Assembly (NCBI GenBank): GCA_934633695.1
Contig: CAKTYT010000002.1
Coordinates: forward strand, 38,767 to 102,766
Direction of reading: 5' to 3'
Source of the DNA: an uncultured Clostridia bacterium
Lineage (GTDB): Bacteria; Bacillota; Clostridia; Christensenellales; CAG-138
DNA length: 64,000 nt
A program made the position numbers and the translations under genes. Shown here piece by piece: positions 30,327 through 39,570 of this stretch (position 1 is the first letter of the stretch; every line of letters starts with the position of its first letter). The notes beneath the pieces are model-generated. The model saw nothing but the letters and a program-made list of their open reading frames with translations, did no database searches and had not been told where the DNA came from.

Positions 30327-31094
30327 TCAGTCTTCCTTCTTCCTGAAGATTACGATACCTGCACCTGCTGCAAGTGCCGCAACGCCTGCACCGATGATGC
30401 TGATTGCACCGGTGGAAGGTGCCGGAGGCGTGGTGGGTTCAGCAGTGGGTTCGCCGGGAACCTCAGTGGGCTCAGCAGGAACTTCAGTGGGAACCTCGGT
30501 GGGTTCAACGGGAACTTCAGTGGGAACCTCGGTAGGCTCAACGGGAACTTCAGTGGGAACCTCGGTAGGCTCAACGGGAACCTCAGTTTCAGTTGCGGGA
30601 ACTACGACTGCACCATTGACAGGAGTATTCTCTACGGGAATCGAATCTAAGTCGGGCATGTAGGAGAACTCTTTTACCTGGAGAGCAAGTTCAATGGTCG
30701 TGCCGGGTTCAACAGCTTCGCTGACGGTGAAGTTAGCGGTGAAAAAAGTACCCTGAGCAGTGAGTGGTTCGGTGGGCATCATAACGCCGAGACGAATGGA
30801 GTTGTTCTCATCGTTCTGACTGATAAGAGCCATACCGCCGCCGGGCAGATTCGAAAGAGCTTCGCCCTTTTCAATGCCGTTGAGGGTGAGCTTAGTATTG
30901 TCAAAATCGACCCAGATGTTGACAGAATGAACGGCAAATTCGCCTGTAACGTTCAAGCTGACATCGACGGTTTCACCGGGCTGTGCATTGACGGTTTCAA
31001 CAGCGATAACAACATCGTTTTCAGCTGCTGCGGGAATCGCAATGAGGCATACAGCCATCATTGCTGCAAGTGCGAGTGCAAAAATCTTTTTCAT
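30327..31094 (-). CDS. Cohesin domain protein with Pro/Thr/Glu-rich linker and C-terminal anchor
   Basis: A signal peptide is followed by a cohesin-like domain (VETVNAQPGETVDVSLNVTGEF...FTANFTVSEAVEPGTTIEL). Then come a TEVPVEPTEVP linker and the tail PSTG-AISIIGAGVAALAAGAGIVIF-RKKED. Confidence 0.8.
   Translation of the reverse strand: MKKIFALALAAMMAVCLIAIPAAAENDVVIAVETVNAQPGETVDVSLNVTGEFAVHSVNIWVDFDNTKLTLNGIEKGEALSNLPGGGMALISQNDENNSIRLGVMMPTEPLTAQGTFFTANFTVSEAVEPGTTIELALQVKEFSYMPDLDSIPVENTPVNGAVVVPATETEVPVEPTEVPTEVPVEPTEVPTEVPVEPTEVPTEVPAEPTEVPGEPTAEPTTPPAPSTGAISIIGAGVAALAAGAGIVIFRKKED
30456..30590. repeat. 33-nt in-frame tandem repeat encoding the (EVPVEPTEVPT)n linker
   Basis: The unit cttcagtgggaacctcggtRggYtcaacgggaa is repeated about 4 times inside the cohesin gene. 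Confidence 0.8.
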
Positions 31095-31306
31095 TTTATT
31101 TGCTCCTTTCCACCCGTGAAATTTTTTCTTCTCGGGTGATTCGCTGAGAGTGTACCACAGGTTTCTCGGTTTTGCAAGCGTTTTTCATTGACCAAACGTG
31201 ATAAATTTTATCCACTTTTGGAAAAAACTCAGCATTCATCGAATAATTCAGAAAAAGTCCACATTATTAAATATGCTTTCAGTGCCTGTAATATCATTAT
31301 TGTACA

Positions 31307-31340
31307 CAAAAATAAGGCACATTCGTGACATGAATGTGCC
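31307..31340 (-). terminator. Rho-independent terminator after the MATE gene
   Basis: A 9-bp stem GGCACATTC/GAATGTGCC (31316-31324 with 31332-31340) is followed by TTATTTTT on the minus strand. Confidence 0.85.
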
Positions 31341-31385
31341 CTAAATGAGAATTCGAGATTCGGTAAACGTTGTTATTTTTTTACA

Positions 31386-32714
31386 TCAATCGACAATGCG
31401 ATGTCTTTCAAAATCAGACCGTTTGAAGTAAATGTATGTGATTATGCTGCATATCATCCACCCCGCCGGGTAGCCGAGAGCAACGATAGTGATGGTATTG
31501 CTGACGAACCGCGCCATTAAGAATAGGTATATCTGCCTGAAAAATACAAAGCACCCGAGCATAATGAACATCGGCGTTCTGCTGTCCCCCGAGCCTCGCA
31601 ATGCACCTGCAAGAATTTGATTGATGCAGCAGAAGACGTAGAAAGGCGAAATAAGCCTGAGCAGCATAGAGCCATATCTAACGACCTCCGGGTTATCATT
31701 AAAGAACTCGACCAGCTGGGGTGCTGCAATAAGAACGGGCACCATAAGTATTAAGGTCGAAGCGACTGCAATTACCATGGCCCTTGTAACGCCCTGCTTT
31801 GCACGCTTAACCTGGTTTACACCAAGGTTCTGCCCCACAAACGTTGTCGCAGCAAGGGAAATGCTCTGCATCGGGAGCAGCAGGAACTGGTCGATTTTTG
31901 CATATGCTGTCCAGCCTCCCATGCAGGTATCGCCAAAGAAGTTGATATAGGACTGAACAAAGATGTTTGAAAAAGAAGTGATCGCCATCTGCAATGCAGC
32001 GGGAATGCCGACTTTGAACACTTTGCCGAGTATTTTCTTATCGATCTTTAATTTTTTAATACAAAGTTTGCAATAGCCGTCCGTTTTCATAAGAACATAA
32101 AGGACCAGCAATGCAGAAACAAACTGAGCGATTATCGTTGCATAGGCGACTCCCTCAACACCCATTTTGAACACGAGAACAAACAAAAGATCGAGTACAG
32201 TGTTCGTAAGAGCGGAAACGACAAGGAAATAAAATGGTCTTGTAGAATCGCCGACGGCTCTCATTATGCCTGAGCCTATATTGTACAGCACAAGACCCAG
32301 CATACCTGAGAAATAAATCCTGAGGTATGCAGTTGATTCCGGCATAACATTTTCCGGAGTATCCATAAGCCTAAGCATGAGCGGAGTCATCGCAATGCCG
32401 ATTATCGTAAACAAAACGCCCATAATAATTGTCACGGCAATCGAGGTATGAACCGACTTCTGCACATTTTCCTTATCTTTTGCTCCGTAGTACTGTGAAA
32501 TAACCACGCCGGCACCGGCACTTAAGCCCATAAAAAGACCTATCAAGAGGTTGATTATCGGCCCGACAGTACCGACAGCGGCAAAGGCCTGGTCGCTGAC
32601 ATAATTGCCGACGACCCAGCTGTCAACCGTGTTATAGAGTTGCTGAAAGATATTCCCCAAAAGCAATGGGATTGAAAACCTGATAAGATGATTGACAATA
32701 CTGCCCTCAGTCAT
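31386..32714 (-). CDS. MATE family efflux transporter
   Basis: The 442-aa, 12-TM-type product begins MTEGSIVNHLIRFSIPLLLGNIFQQLYNTVDSWVVG, a typical MATE N-terminus. Confidence 0.9.
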   Translation of the reverse strand: MTEGSIVNHLIRFSIPLLLGNIFQQLYNTVDSWVVGNYVSDQAFAAVGTVGPIINLLIGLFMGLSAGAGVVISQYYGAKDKENVQKSVHTSIAVTIIMGVLFTIIGIAMTPLMLRLMDTPENVMPESTAYLRIYFSGMLGLVLYNIGSGIMRAVGDSTRPFYFLVVSALTNTVLDLLFVLVFKMGVEGVAYATIIAQFVSALLVLYVLMKTDGYCKLCIKKLKIDKKILGKVFKVGIPAALQMAITSFSNIFVQSYINFFGDTCMGGWTAYAKIDQFLLLPMQSISLAATTFVGQNLGVNQVKRAKQGVTRAMVIAVASTLILMVPVLIAAPQLVEFFNDNPEVVRYGSMLLRLISPFYVFCCINQILAGALRGSGDSRTPMFIMLGCFVFFRQIYLFLMARFVSNTITIVALGYPAGWMICSIITYIYFKRSDFERHRIVD

Positions 32715-32843
32715 GTCAACGTCATGTCAACGTCATGACCTTTTCCATTCTTCGCAAACAACGTTTTTGTACTCACAATTTCTTCCTTTTCTTCTTCCGA
32801 CTGTGTCCGGTCTCAGCTGCACACCGCTTCGTATTTGTCTACC

Positions 32844-32871
32844 ATTATAGCTCCTGAACTAAGTTTTTCAA
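32844..32871 (-). promoter_or_regulatory. Sigma-70-type promoter upstream of the MATE gene
   Basis: On the minus strand the promoter reads TTGAAA - 16 nt - TATAAT. This predicts a leader of about 120 nt. Confidence 0.55.
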
Positions 32872-33097
32872 CCATTATATTCTATATCGGCATTTTTTCT
32901 GTCTTATCGGCCGTTTATTTTCGGAGAACTGCCGTAATCGGCTTTTATTTCCCGGGAAATAGAATCCTTTCACGGCCTGCATCTCTTTTTTTCATGCAAA
33001 ACTAATGCGGCACGAATGCGAGTAAGCTCTTAACGAACCTCCTGCACTCAGTACCGCATTGGTCTAATCCGTCTCAAAAGGGCATATTTTTTAACAT

Positions 33098-34381
33098 TCA
33101 TCCCTTTTTGGGAGACTCGTCTTTTTTCTTGAAGAGGTACTCATCCACCTTCTTGCGAATTTCATCGGAAATTTCCCTCTTAATGGGAAATACGTTTGCG
33201 TTTACAACACGTTTCGAAAAGGTTAGGACGGATTCTATCGTCTTGCCCAAAGCGTCCGCACTGAGAAACTCCAATGCGAGGTCATCACGACGGCTGTGGA
33301 TAAATCCTGCACCGTTTGCAAACCACCTGCCGAAGTTGATTGCCGGAACACCGCTGTCCGCAAAGGGAATAGAATCGCTCGAATAGATATCGTTGTCCGA
33401 TTCAACTGCCAAACCGTTTTCGTCCATGATACCGTCAAGATATGGCTTGATGGCATCGTTGCCTGTTATTGTCGCAAATTCATATCCGAGAATCGGACCT
33501 GCCATATCCACGTTTATCATCAGTTCATGCTTTTCAAGCTCGTCCTCATGGAGCTTGACATAGGCTTTGCTGCCCAAAAGCCCCTGCTCTTCGGAACCGA
33601 ACCAGTTGAACTTCAGCGTCCTCTTCGGCGGGTTTGCAGCAAAATAGCGAAGCACTTCAAGAATTACAGCAGAACCCGTCATATTGTCGTAAGCTCCCTT
33701 GGAGAACCGTACACTGTCATAATGAGCACCGTATGAAATGATTTCATCCGGAAACTCCGTACCCCTGATTTCAGCACATACATTGTGCGAAACGCTCTTG
33801 AACCTTTCACTCTTGACAATAATTTTGACTTTGGATGCACCGCGTGCGACAAGCTCCATCGCATCTTTCGCCCTGAGATTGACGACGACATTCGTGCCGA
33901 AGTCGGCAGTCATGGTTTCGCGAAGCTTACCGATGTCAAAATCAGTTTCTTCATTTTTGTCGTTTATATTGCCGACAAAACCAATAATTGCAGCAGGCTC
34001 GGCCTTCTGAATTTTTTCATATTTTTTACGATAAATGCTGCCGTTTGCCAAAACAGCCTTGCCTTTCACATTCCTGAGGCAGGTGGGGTGTCCGTCCTCA
34101 ACATACGCAAGATCAAGGATAAGACCTTCATCGGGAGTGCTGTCCGAGCGGATATAGCCGGTGACTTCGTACTCCTTGCAGTACGGCTCAAGCACCATGA
34201 GTCTTGCATCGCTGACCTTCCCGTCTTCGACCTCAAACTCTTCAATATGGCAGTCAATGCTCAGTGCCTTGACCTTTTCCATAATTGCCTCTGCCGTGCG
34301 TGTTTCCTCGGCAGTACCGGAGACTCTTTCGTAGGAAAGCTCTTCGATAAGCCCAAATGCACGTTTTGAATCAAAATCCAT
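33098..34381 (-). CDS. M28 family metallopeptidase (aminopeptidase) with PA-like insert
   Basis: The conserved stretch GAHYDSV...YDNMTGSAVILEVLR...FGSEEQGLLGSKAYV holds the M28 metal ligands. Confidence 0.85.
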   Translation of the reverse strand: MDFDSKRAFGLIEELSYERVSGTAEETRTAEAIMEKVKALSIDCHIEEFEVEDGKVSDARLMVLEPYCKEYEVTGYIRSDSTPDEGLILDLAYVEDGHPTCLRNVKGKAVLANGSIYRKKYEKIQKAEPAAIIGFVGNINDKNEETDFDIGKLRETMTADFGTNVVVNLRAKDAMELVARGASKVKIIVKSERFKSVSHNVCAEIRGTEFPDEIISYGAHYDSVRFSKGAYDNMTGSAVILEVLRYFAANPPKRTLKFNWFGSEEQGLLGSKAYVKLHEDELEKHELMINVDMAGPILGYEFATITGNDAIKPYLDGIMDENGLAVESDNDIYSSDSIPFADSGVPAINFGRWFANGAGFIHSRRDDLALEFLSADALGKTIESVLTFSKRVVNANVFPIKREISDEIRKKVDEYLFKKKDESPKKG

Positions 34382-34395
34382 ATTTTTTCCTCCGT

Positions 34396-35769
34396 CTAGT
34401 TTTCTTCACACTGCCTGCTAGTTTTGCCTGCAATGATCGCATCAATAATTTTTTCGAACTGCATACCTCGTGATGCCTTAACGAGCAGGATATCTCCCTC
34501 ACGCAGGTTGTTGTTCACAAATTCGGCAGCACTCTGTCTCGAAATATAATGAACACTCTCTGCTCCGCCGTCAATCGCACCCTTTGCGACAAACCGTGTC
34601 TTGTCACCGATGGCGATCAGACCGTCAAGTCTGCCCGCACAGAATTTGCCAAGCTCATAGTGCAGCATATCCGTCTTTTCACCGAGTTCGAGCATATCTC
34701 CCAGAAGAGCAATACGCCTACCCTCGCCCGCAATGGCTGAAACGGAAGCACGAACCGAATCCGGTCCTGCGTTATAACAGTCATCAATGATAGTAATCCC
34801 GCCATGTTTCAGTATCCTCCCGCGGTGTCCAACGGGCGAATAGCTTTCAATTCCTCTGCGTATTTCATCCGGTGTGAGTCCAAACTCAATTGCAGCATTT
34901 GCAGCTGCAACGGCATTCATGATCATATGTCTTCCGATGAACGGTGCGTGGACATGTACCCGTTCGCCGCCCGCAAAGCAAAGATCAAACTCGACACTTT
35001 CAATGCCGTTCTGCACAATGTTTTCCGGGTGGATTGCATATTTTCCGTCCATTCCGAAAAATATGACGGGAAGCTCTGCCCTGTACGAACGAAGCTTATC
35101 GTCTTCACCGTTAAAAAACAGCTTGCCGCTCGCCTTCATATGCGGAATAAGCTCCGTCTTTGCCCGCAGAACACCCTCGCGGTCAATAAGATTCTCAAGA
35201 TGCATATTGCCAATATTGGTGTAAATGGCATAGTCGGGTTCGGTAATCGCACCGAGTCTGTCCATTTCGCCGAAGTGGCTTATACCGAGCTCAAGCACCG
35301 AAACTTCGTCTTCCTTCTTCAGAGTAAAGAGCGTCTGAGGAACGCCATATTCGTTGTTAAAATTCCCCTCTGTGCTGTGTACACGGAACCTTTGCGAAAG
35401 GACGCATGAAACCATACGCCTTGTACTTGTTTTTCCGACACTTCCGACAACCGCAATCACTTTCACGCCGCTCTTTTTCCTTATATATGCGGCTAACGCT
35501 TTCATTGCCTCAAAGCTGTCCTTGACACGTATATGACAAAGTTTAGTCTCGTTTTCGCACAATGCACAGCAGGCACCGTTTTCAAAGGCCTTTTCGATAA
35601 AGTCGTGACCGTTGACCCTTTCTCCTTTCAAAGCAACGAACAGCGAATTCGCCGTTGTCTTCCTGCTGTCAATAAAAACTCCCGAGATCAGTCTCCCGCC
35701 TATATCTTCGCCGTTTATCAGCTCGCCGCCGCAAGCCTTTGCGGCTTCTGAAAAAGTTATTGCAATCAT
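34396..35769 (-). CDS. murF: UDP-N-acetylmuramoyl-tripeptide--D-alanyl-D-alanine ligase
   Basis: The Mur ligase P-loop is VVGSVGKTSTR. The gene lies immediately downstream of ddl. Confidence 0.9.
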   Translation of the reverse strand: MIAITFSEAAKACGGELINGEDIGGRLISGVFIDSRKTTANSLFVALKGERVNGHDFIEKAFENGACCALCENETKLCHIRVKDSFEAMKALAAYIRKKSGVKVIAVVGSVGKTSTRRMVSCVLSQRFRVHSTEGNFNNEYGVPQTLFTLKKEDEVSVLELGISHFGEMDRLGAITEPDYAIYTNIGNMHLENLIDREGVLRAKTELIPHMKASGKLFFNGEDDKLRSYRAELPVIFFGMDGKYAIHPENIVQNGIESVEFDLCFAGGERVHVHAPFIGRHMIMNAVAAANAAIEFGLTPDEIRRGIESYSPVGHRGRILKHGGITIIDDCYNAGPDSVRASVSAIAGEGRRIALLGDMLELGEKTDMLHYELGKFCAGRLDGLIAIGDKTRFVAKGAIDGGAESVHYISRQSAAEFVNNNLREGDILLVKASRGMQFEKIIDAIIAGKTSRQCEEN

Positions 35770-35771
35770 GT

Positions 35772-36800
35772 TTACCGCTTGAGTTTCAAGCTCTCCTCGA
35801 TTATTTTTTCAAGCAGCTGCGGAAACTCGATTCCTGCCGCCCTTGCTTCCTGCGGCAAAAGGCTCGTGCCGGTCATGCCGGGCAGGGTGTTTGCTTCAAG
35901 GCAGTAGCAGCCCGTTTCGTCCATCATAAAATCAACTCTGCCGTATGCACCGAGACTAAGAACCTTACAAACGCTTACGGCTGTTTTTTTGAGTGCCTCA
36001 GCAACGCTGTCGGGAATTTCAGCCGGACAAATCTCCTCAGTGCAGCCCGACTGATATTTGTTCTTGTAATCATAAAAACCGTGCTTTGGAATTATCTCAA
36101 TCGGCGGAACTGCCGTTTCACCGACAACACCGACGGAGAGCTCTCGTCCCTTGATGTACTTTTCAATAATTATCAAATCTTCGTATTCCTCTGCAAACCT
36201 CAGAGCCGCCTCAAGCTCCTCGTCGCAATGCACTATGGACACGCCGACACTTGAGCCCAGGCTGCCGGGCTTTACGACACATGGGAAACCGAAGACCTTG
36301 CATTCGTCAATATCATATTCGCCCTTCCTCAAAAAAACGGCGGGCGGAGTCGGGATTCCGCACGAAGCAAACAAACGCTTTGAGAGACATTTATTCATCG
36401 CCAGCAGGCAGCCCTCCATTCCACTGCCCGTATACTTTATTCCGAGCAGATCAAAGGTCGCCTGCAGCTTGCCATTCTCACCTTCATCGCCGTGAAGAGC
36501 ATTGAAAACAATATCCGCCTCCCTGCAAATGTCAAGCACATTCCTCCCAAAAAAACCCTCCTTGCGTTCAAAAAACTCACGCACATCGGGAGATTCGTCT
36601 GAAATTGCATAATTTGCAATGGGTAAACATGCATCAAATGCCTCCGCAGGTGAAATGCCGTTAAGCTCGATTCCCTTGCAGACGTCAACAAGAACGACCG
36701 AGTGACCGTTTTCTCTCAACGACTTGGCGACCATCGCCCCGGTTGAAAGCGAAACATCCCTCTCATTGCTCCTGCCGCCGCAAAGTACACATATTTTCAT
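35772..36800 (-). CDS. ddl: D-alanine--D-alanine ligase
   Basis: The product begins MKICVLCGGRSNERDVSLSTG and has an ATP-grasp fold with C-terminal EANTLPGMT. Confidence 0.93.
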   Translation of the reverse strand: MKICVLCGGRSNERDVSLSTGAMVAKSLRENGHSVVLVDVCKGIELNGISPAEAFDACLPIANYAISDESPDVREFFERKEGFFGRNVLDICREADIVFNALHGDEGENGKLQATFDLLGIKYTGSGMEGCLLAMNKCLSKRLFASCGIPTPPAVFLRKGEYDIDECKVFGFPCVVKPGSLGSSVGVSIVHCDEELEAALRFAEEYEDLIIIEKYIKGRELSVGVVGETAVPPIEIIPKHGFYDYKNKYQSGCTEEICPAEIPDSVAEALKKTAVSVCKVLSLGAYGRVDFMMDETGCYCLEANTLPGMTGTSLLPQEARAAGIEFPQLLEKIIEESLKLKR

Positions 36801-37077
36801 AAAAAATTTTATTCCTTTCCTATCGCTTAATGCACCGTGACCGGTACTATTATAGCATATTCCGCCGGAAATGGCATTATTTTTTCATTTGCGGTGCCGC
36901 ATTGAATTCTTTTGACCCGTAACCTAGAGAATATAAGTTTTTCTGCCCTTTTCATTATCGAATCATTGTGCTATAATCAATGAGTGGAATTATGCCCGGC
37001 GGCCGCATTGTTTCAGGCGTTGGGGCATAAGTAGAGAAGCTGATAAACACAGCTAATAAATACAAAGGAGATTTACC

Positions 37078-38067
37078 ATGCCTGTTAATCTTAAAGGACG
37101 TTCCCTGCTTACTCTTAAGGATTTTACTCCCGATGAAATCCGCTACCTGCTCAACCTTTCTGCCGACCTGAAGGCAAAGAAGCGTGCCGGTATCCGCGGC
37201 GATTTGCTTGCAGGCAAGAACATCGTTCTTCTTTTTGAAAAGACTTCAACCCGTACCCGCTGTGCATTCGAAGTTGCAGCATACGACGAAGGTGCAAACG
37301 TTACCTTCCTCTCCAACAGCCAGATGGGCAAAAAAGAATCCCTTGAAGACACCGCAAAGGTTCTCGGCCGCTTCTATGACGGTATCGAATTCCGCGGTTT
37401 CAAACAGGAAACCGTTGAGCTGCTCGCAAAGCATGCCGGTGTTCCCGTATGGAACGGTCTTACCGACCTCTATCACCCCACTCAGGTCCTCGCCGACTGT
37501 CTCACCATCATGGAAAACGTTGCAAAGCCCCTCAACAAGGTCAAGCTCGTTTACGTTGGTGATGCACGCAACAACATGGGCAATTCCCTCATGATCATCT
37601 CTGCAAAGCTCGGCATGCACTTTGTCGGCATCGCTCCCAAGTCCCTCTTCCCCGAAGAAGGTCTTGTAAACGAAATGCGTGAGCTTGCAAAGGTAACCGG
37701 TGCAAAGATCGAGTTCTCCGAGGATATCGCAGCAGTCGATGGTGCAGACGCCATTTATACTGACGTTTGGGTATCCATGGGCGAAGAAGCTCAGTTCGAA
37801 GAGCGTATCAAGCTCCTCACCCCCTACCGCGTAACCATGGACATGATGAAGATGACTCACAATCCCGACTGCATCTTCCTGCATTGTCTGCCCAGCTTCC
37901 ACGACTTGGAAACCTCTGTCGGCAGAGAGATCTTCGAAAAATACGGCGTTGCAGAACAAGAAGTTACCGATGAAGTCTTCCGTGCTCCCTGCTCCAAGGT
38001 ATTTGACGAAGCAGAAAATCGTATGCACACCATCAAGGCCGTCATGGTCGCAACCGCAGGCAGATAA
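37078..38067 (+). CDS. argF: Ornithine carbamoyltransferase
   Basis: The STRTR motif ([11 protein letters not shown]), HPTQ and HCLP motifs are present. AAAGGAG serves as the RBS. Confidence 0.93.
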   Translation: MPVNLKGRSLLTLKDFTPDEIRYLLNLSADLKAKKRAGIRGDLLAGKNIVLLFEKTSTRTRCAFEVAAYDEGANVTFLSNSQMGKKESLEDTAKVLGRFYDGIEFRGFKQETVELLAKHAGVPVWNGLTDLYHPTQVLADCLTIMENVAKPLNKVKLVYVGDARNNMGNSLMIISAKLGMHFVGIAPKSLFPEEGLVNEMRELAKVTGAKIEFSEDIAAVDGADAIYTDVWVSMGEEAQFEERIKLLTPYRVTMDMMKMTHNPDCIFLHCLPSFHDLETSVGREIFEKYGVAEQEVTDEVFRAPCSKVFDEAENRMHTIKAVMVATAGR

Positions 38068-38087
38068 GCTATTTGCTTTACAGATTG

Positions 38088-38119
38088 AAGCACCCGTGTC
38101 CCGTGCATGGGTGCTTTTT
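38088..38119 (+). terminator. Rho-independent terminator after argF
   Basis: The stem AAGCACCC/GGGTGCTT (38088-38095 with 38109-38116) is followed by TTTTT. Confidence 0.85.
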
Positions 38120-38330
38120 CGTACAAAAACCCCGGCAGTCAGCCGAGGCATGTTTGGAAAGCTTGACGGTGCAGCTAAAGCGTTTTCCTGCCCGTACGCT
38201 CCATTAACTTTTATTATCGTCGCAAATGAGTTGTTCTTTCAAAAACGATTCGTTCAGGGCAGCAGCACCACAAACCGGAATGCAAATCAAGGGATCTGCG
38301 GAACTCATTATTAAGCGACAGCTTGCATAC

Positions 38331-39428
38331 CTATTGCGGTTTCCAATCGCCGAGCAGATACCGTCTGACGTCGTTCAAAAACGAATAGACATTGTTTTTG
38401 TTCATCGTGTAAAAAGTTTTGTAGTCCGTTATTGTGCAATCAACAAATCCCAATTGGACTAGTTTTTCTAGATGGTAATACATTGCGTTTCGTGTTATGT
38501 CAAAACACGCTGACAATTCCTGTCCGTATGATGTATTGTCACGCAAGGCACGGAGCGTCTCAAGTCTGTTTTTATCGGACAGAACCTTCATTGCACTTGC
38601 ATAGACCTGTGCAGAGTTCTTGAAATTTCGAATTTTAAACACTGAATCCACAAAAACACCAAAATACACTCGAGTTGGTCCCTCCTGCGGAAAAGCGACA
38701 AAAACGCCATTAAAGAGGAAAAGGCTTGGATAAACTATCACATCATCGATATTCTTCGGCAGCACAATATTCATCTCTTTCAGGCGTTCAACAATATCTC
38801 CCTGACTGAAGACCCTTTCGGTGCAGGATATTGCATCTGCATACAGCGGTTCATTTTCGGCGATCAGCTGCGAAGTCGCTTGAAGCAGCGGCATCAGACG
38901 CTTTATGTGCACCACAGGATTCACGACAATGTCTATAAGATTCCATTTCGTTTCGACGTCACTGAAGAATTCGTTTATTTCTTTAACATATTCTTCCATA
39001 TTCTCAGCGGAAAAAGCCTGCCCCGTGCCGCAGCCGACCGTCATTACCGAAACATATTTTTGAACTCTGTCATCTAATGATACCTCTTCGTAGAAATTGA
39101 TTAAATCATTAACCGTATAGTCAGCAGGAGCTTTGTCGGGACAGCTTAGAAGCAGTCTGCCGAGGCTTATCACATCCCCCGTCTCCGTTACATCCGGATA
39201 TAGAGGCGAGAAATAACGCTCCATTGTCTCATTTTTCGGTATTTGCTCATCAAGGATCGTTTCAAGCCTTGCAACCCCATCCAATGATGCGAATTGAATA
39301 TCTTGCATGTTGCCGCTATCGCGTTTTGCTTCAAGCAACTTTGTGCAAACACTCTTTCCGTTGCCGCGGCGGCACAGGTATTCGGCCGCCTCGTATGTGC
39401 AGTTGATTTTCTTTTTGAATTCAATCAT
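38331..39428 (-). CDS. Putative regulator: ~270-aa unknown N-terminal domain plus C-terminal ArsR-type winged helix
   Basis: The C-terminus LSDKNRLETLRALRDNTSYGQELSACFDITRNAMYYHLEKLVQLGFV is ArsR/SmtB-like. The ATG at 39426-39428 follows GGAGGG. Confidence 0.65.
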   Translation of the reverse strand: MIEFKKKINCTYEAAEYLCRRGNGKSVCTKLLEAKRDSGNMQDIQFASLDGVARLETILDEQIPKNETMERYFSPLYPDVTETGDVISLGRLLLSCPDKAPADYTVNDLINFYEEVSLDDRVQKYVSVMTVGCGTGQAFSAENMEEYVKEINEFFSDVETKWNLIDIVVNPVVHIKRLMPLLQATSQLIAENEPLYADAISCTERVFSQGDIVERLKEMNIVLPKNIDDVIVYPSLFLFNGVFVAFPQEGPTRVYFGVFVDSVFKIRNFKNSAQVYASAMKVLSDKNRLETLRALRDNTSYGQELSACFDITRNAMYYHLEKLVQLGFVDCTITDYKTFYTMNKNNVYSFLNDVRRYLLGDWKPQ

Positions 39429-39505
39429 GTTTTTTCCCTCCAAACAATATTATCCCGAAAAGAAACATCCGTGTCAAGAGTAAAAAGTTTTTTTCCGGAC
39501 AGCCG

Positions 39506-39534
39506 TTGACAAGCGGAAAATGCCATGTTAAAAT
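39506..39534 (+). promoter_or_regulatory. Sigma-70-type promoter of the LRR-dockerin gene
   Basis: The promoter reads TTGACA (39506-39511) - 17 nt - TAAAAT (39529-39534). Confidence 0.6.
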
Positions 39535-39570
39535 ATGCACAATAAATATTTTGCATGTGGAGGAATCAAC

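Noticed and set aside
29869-30663. 264-aa plus-strand ORF spanning the dockerin-gene start and the cohesin-gene end
   Set aside because: It is antisense to two well-supported minus-strand genes. Its repetitive GTSVG stretch is the reverse translation of the linker repeat.
36880-36925. ArgR/AhrC operator upstream of argF
   Set aside because: The sequence cattgaattcttttgac only loosely resembles an ARG box (TGAAT...ATTCA). The match is too weak to annotate.
37246-38151. 301-aa minus-strand ORF
   Set aside because: It is antisense to argF, which has the STRTR and HCLP motifs. It is a shadow ORF.
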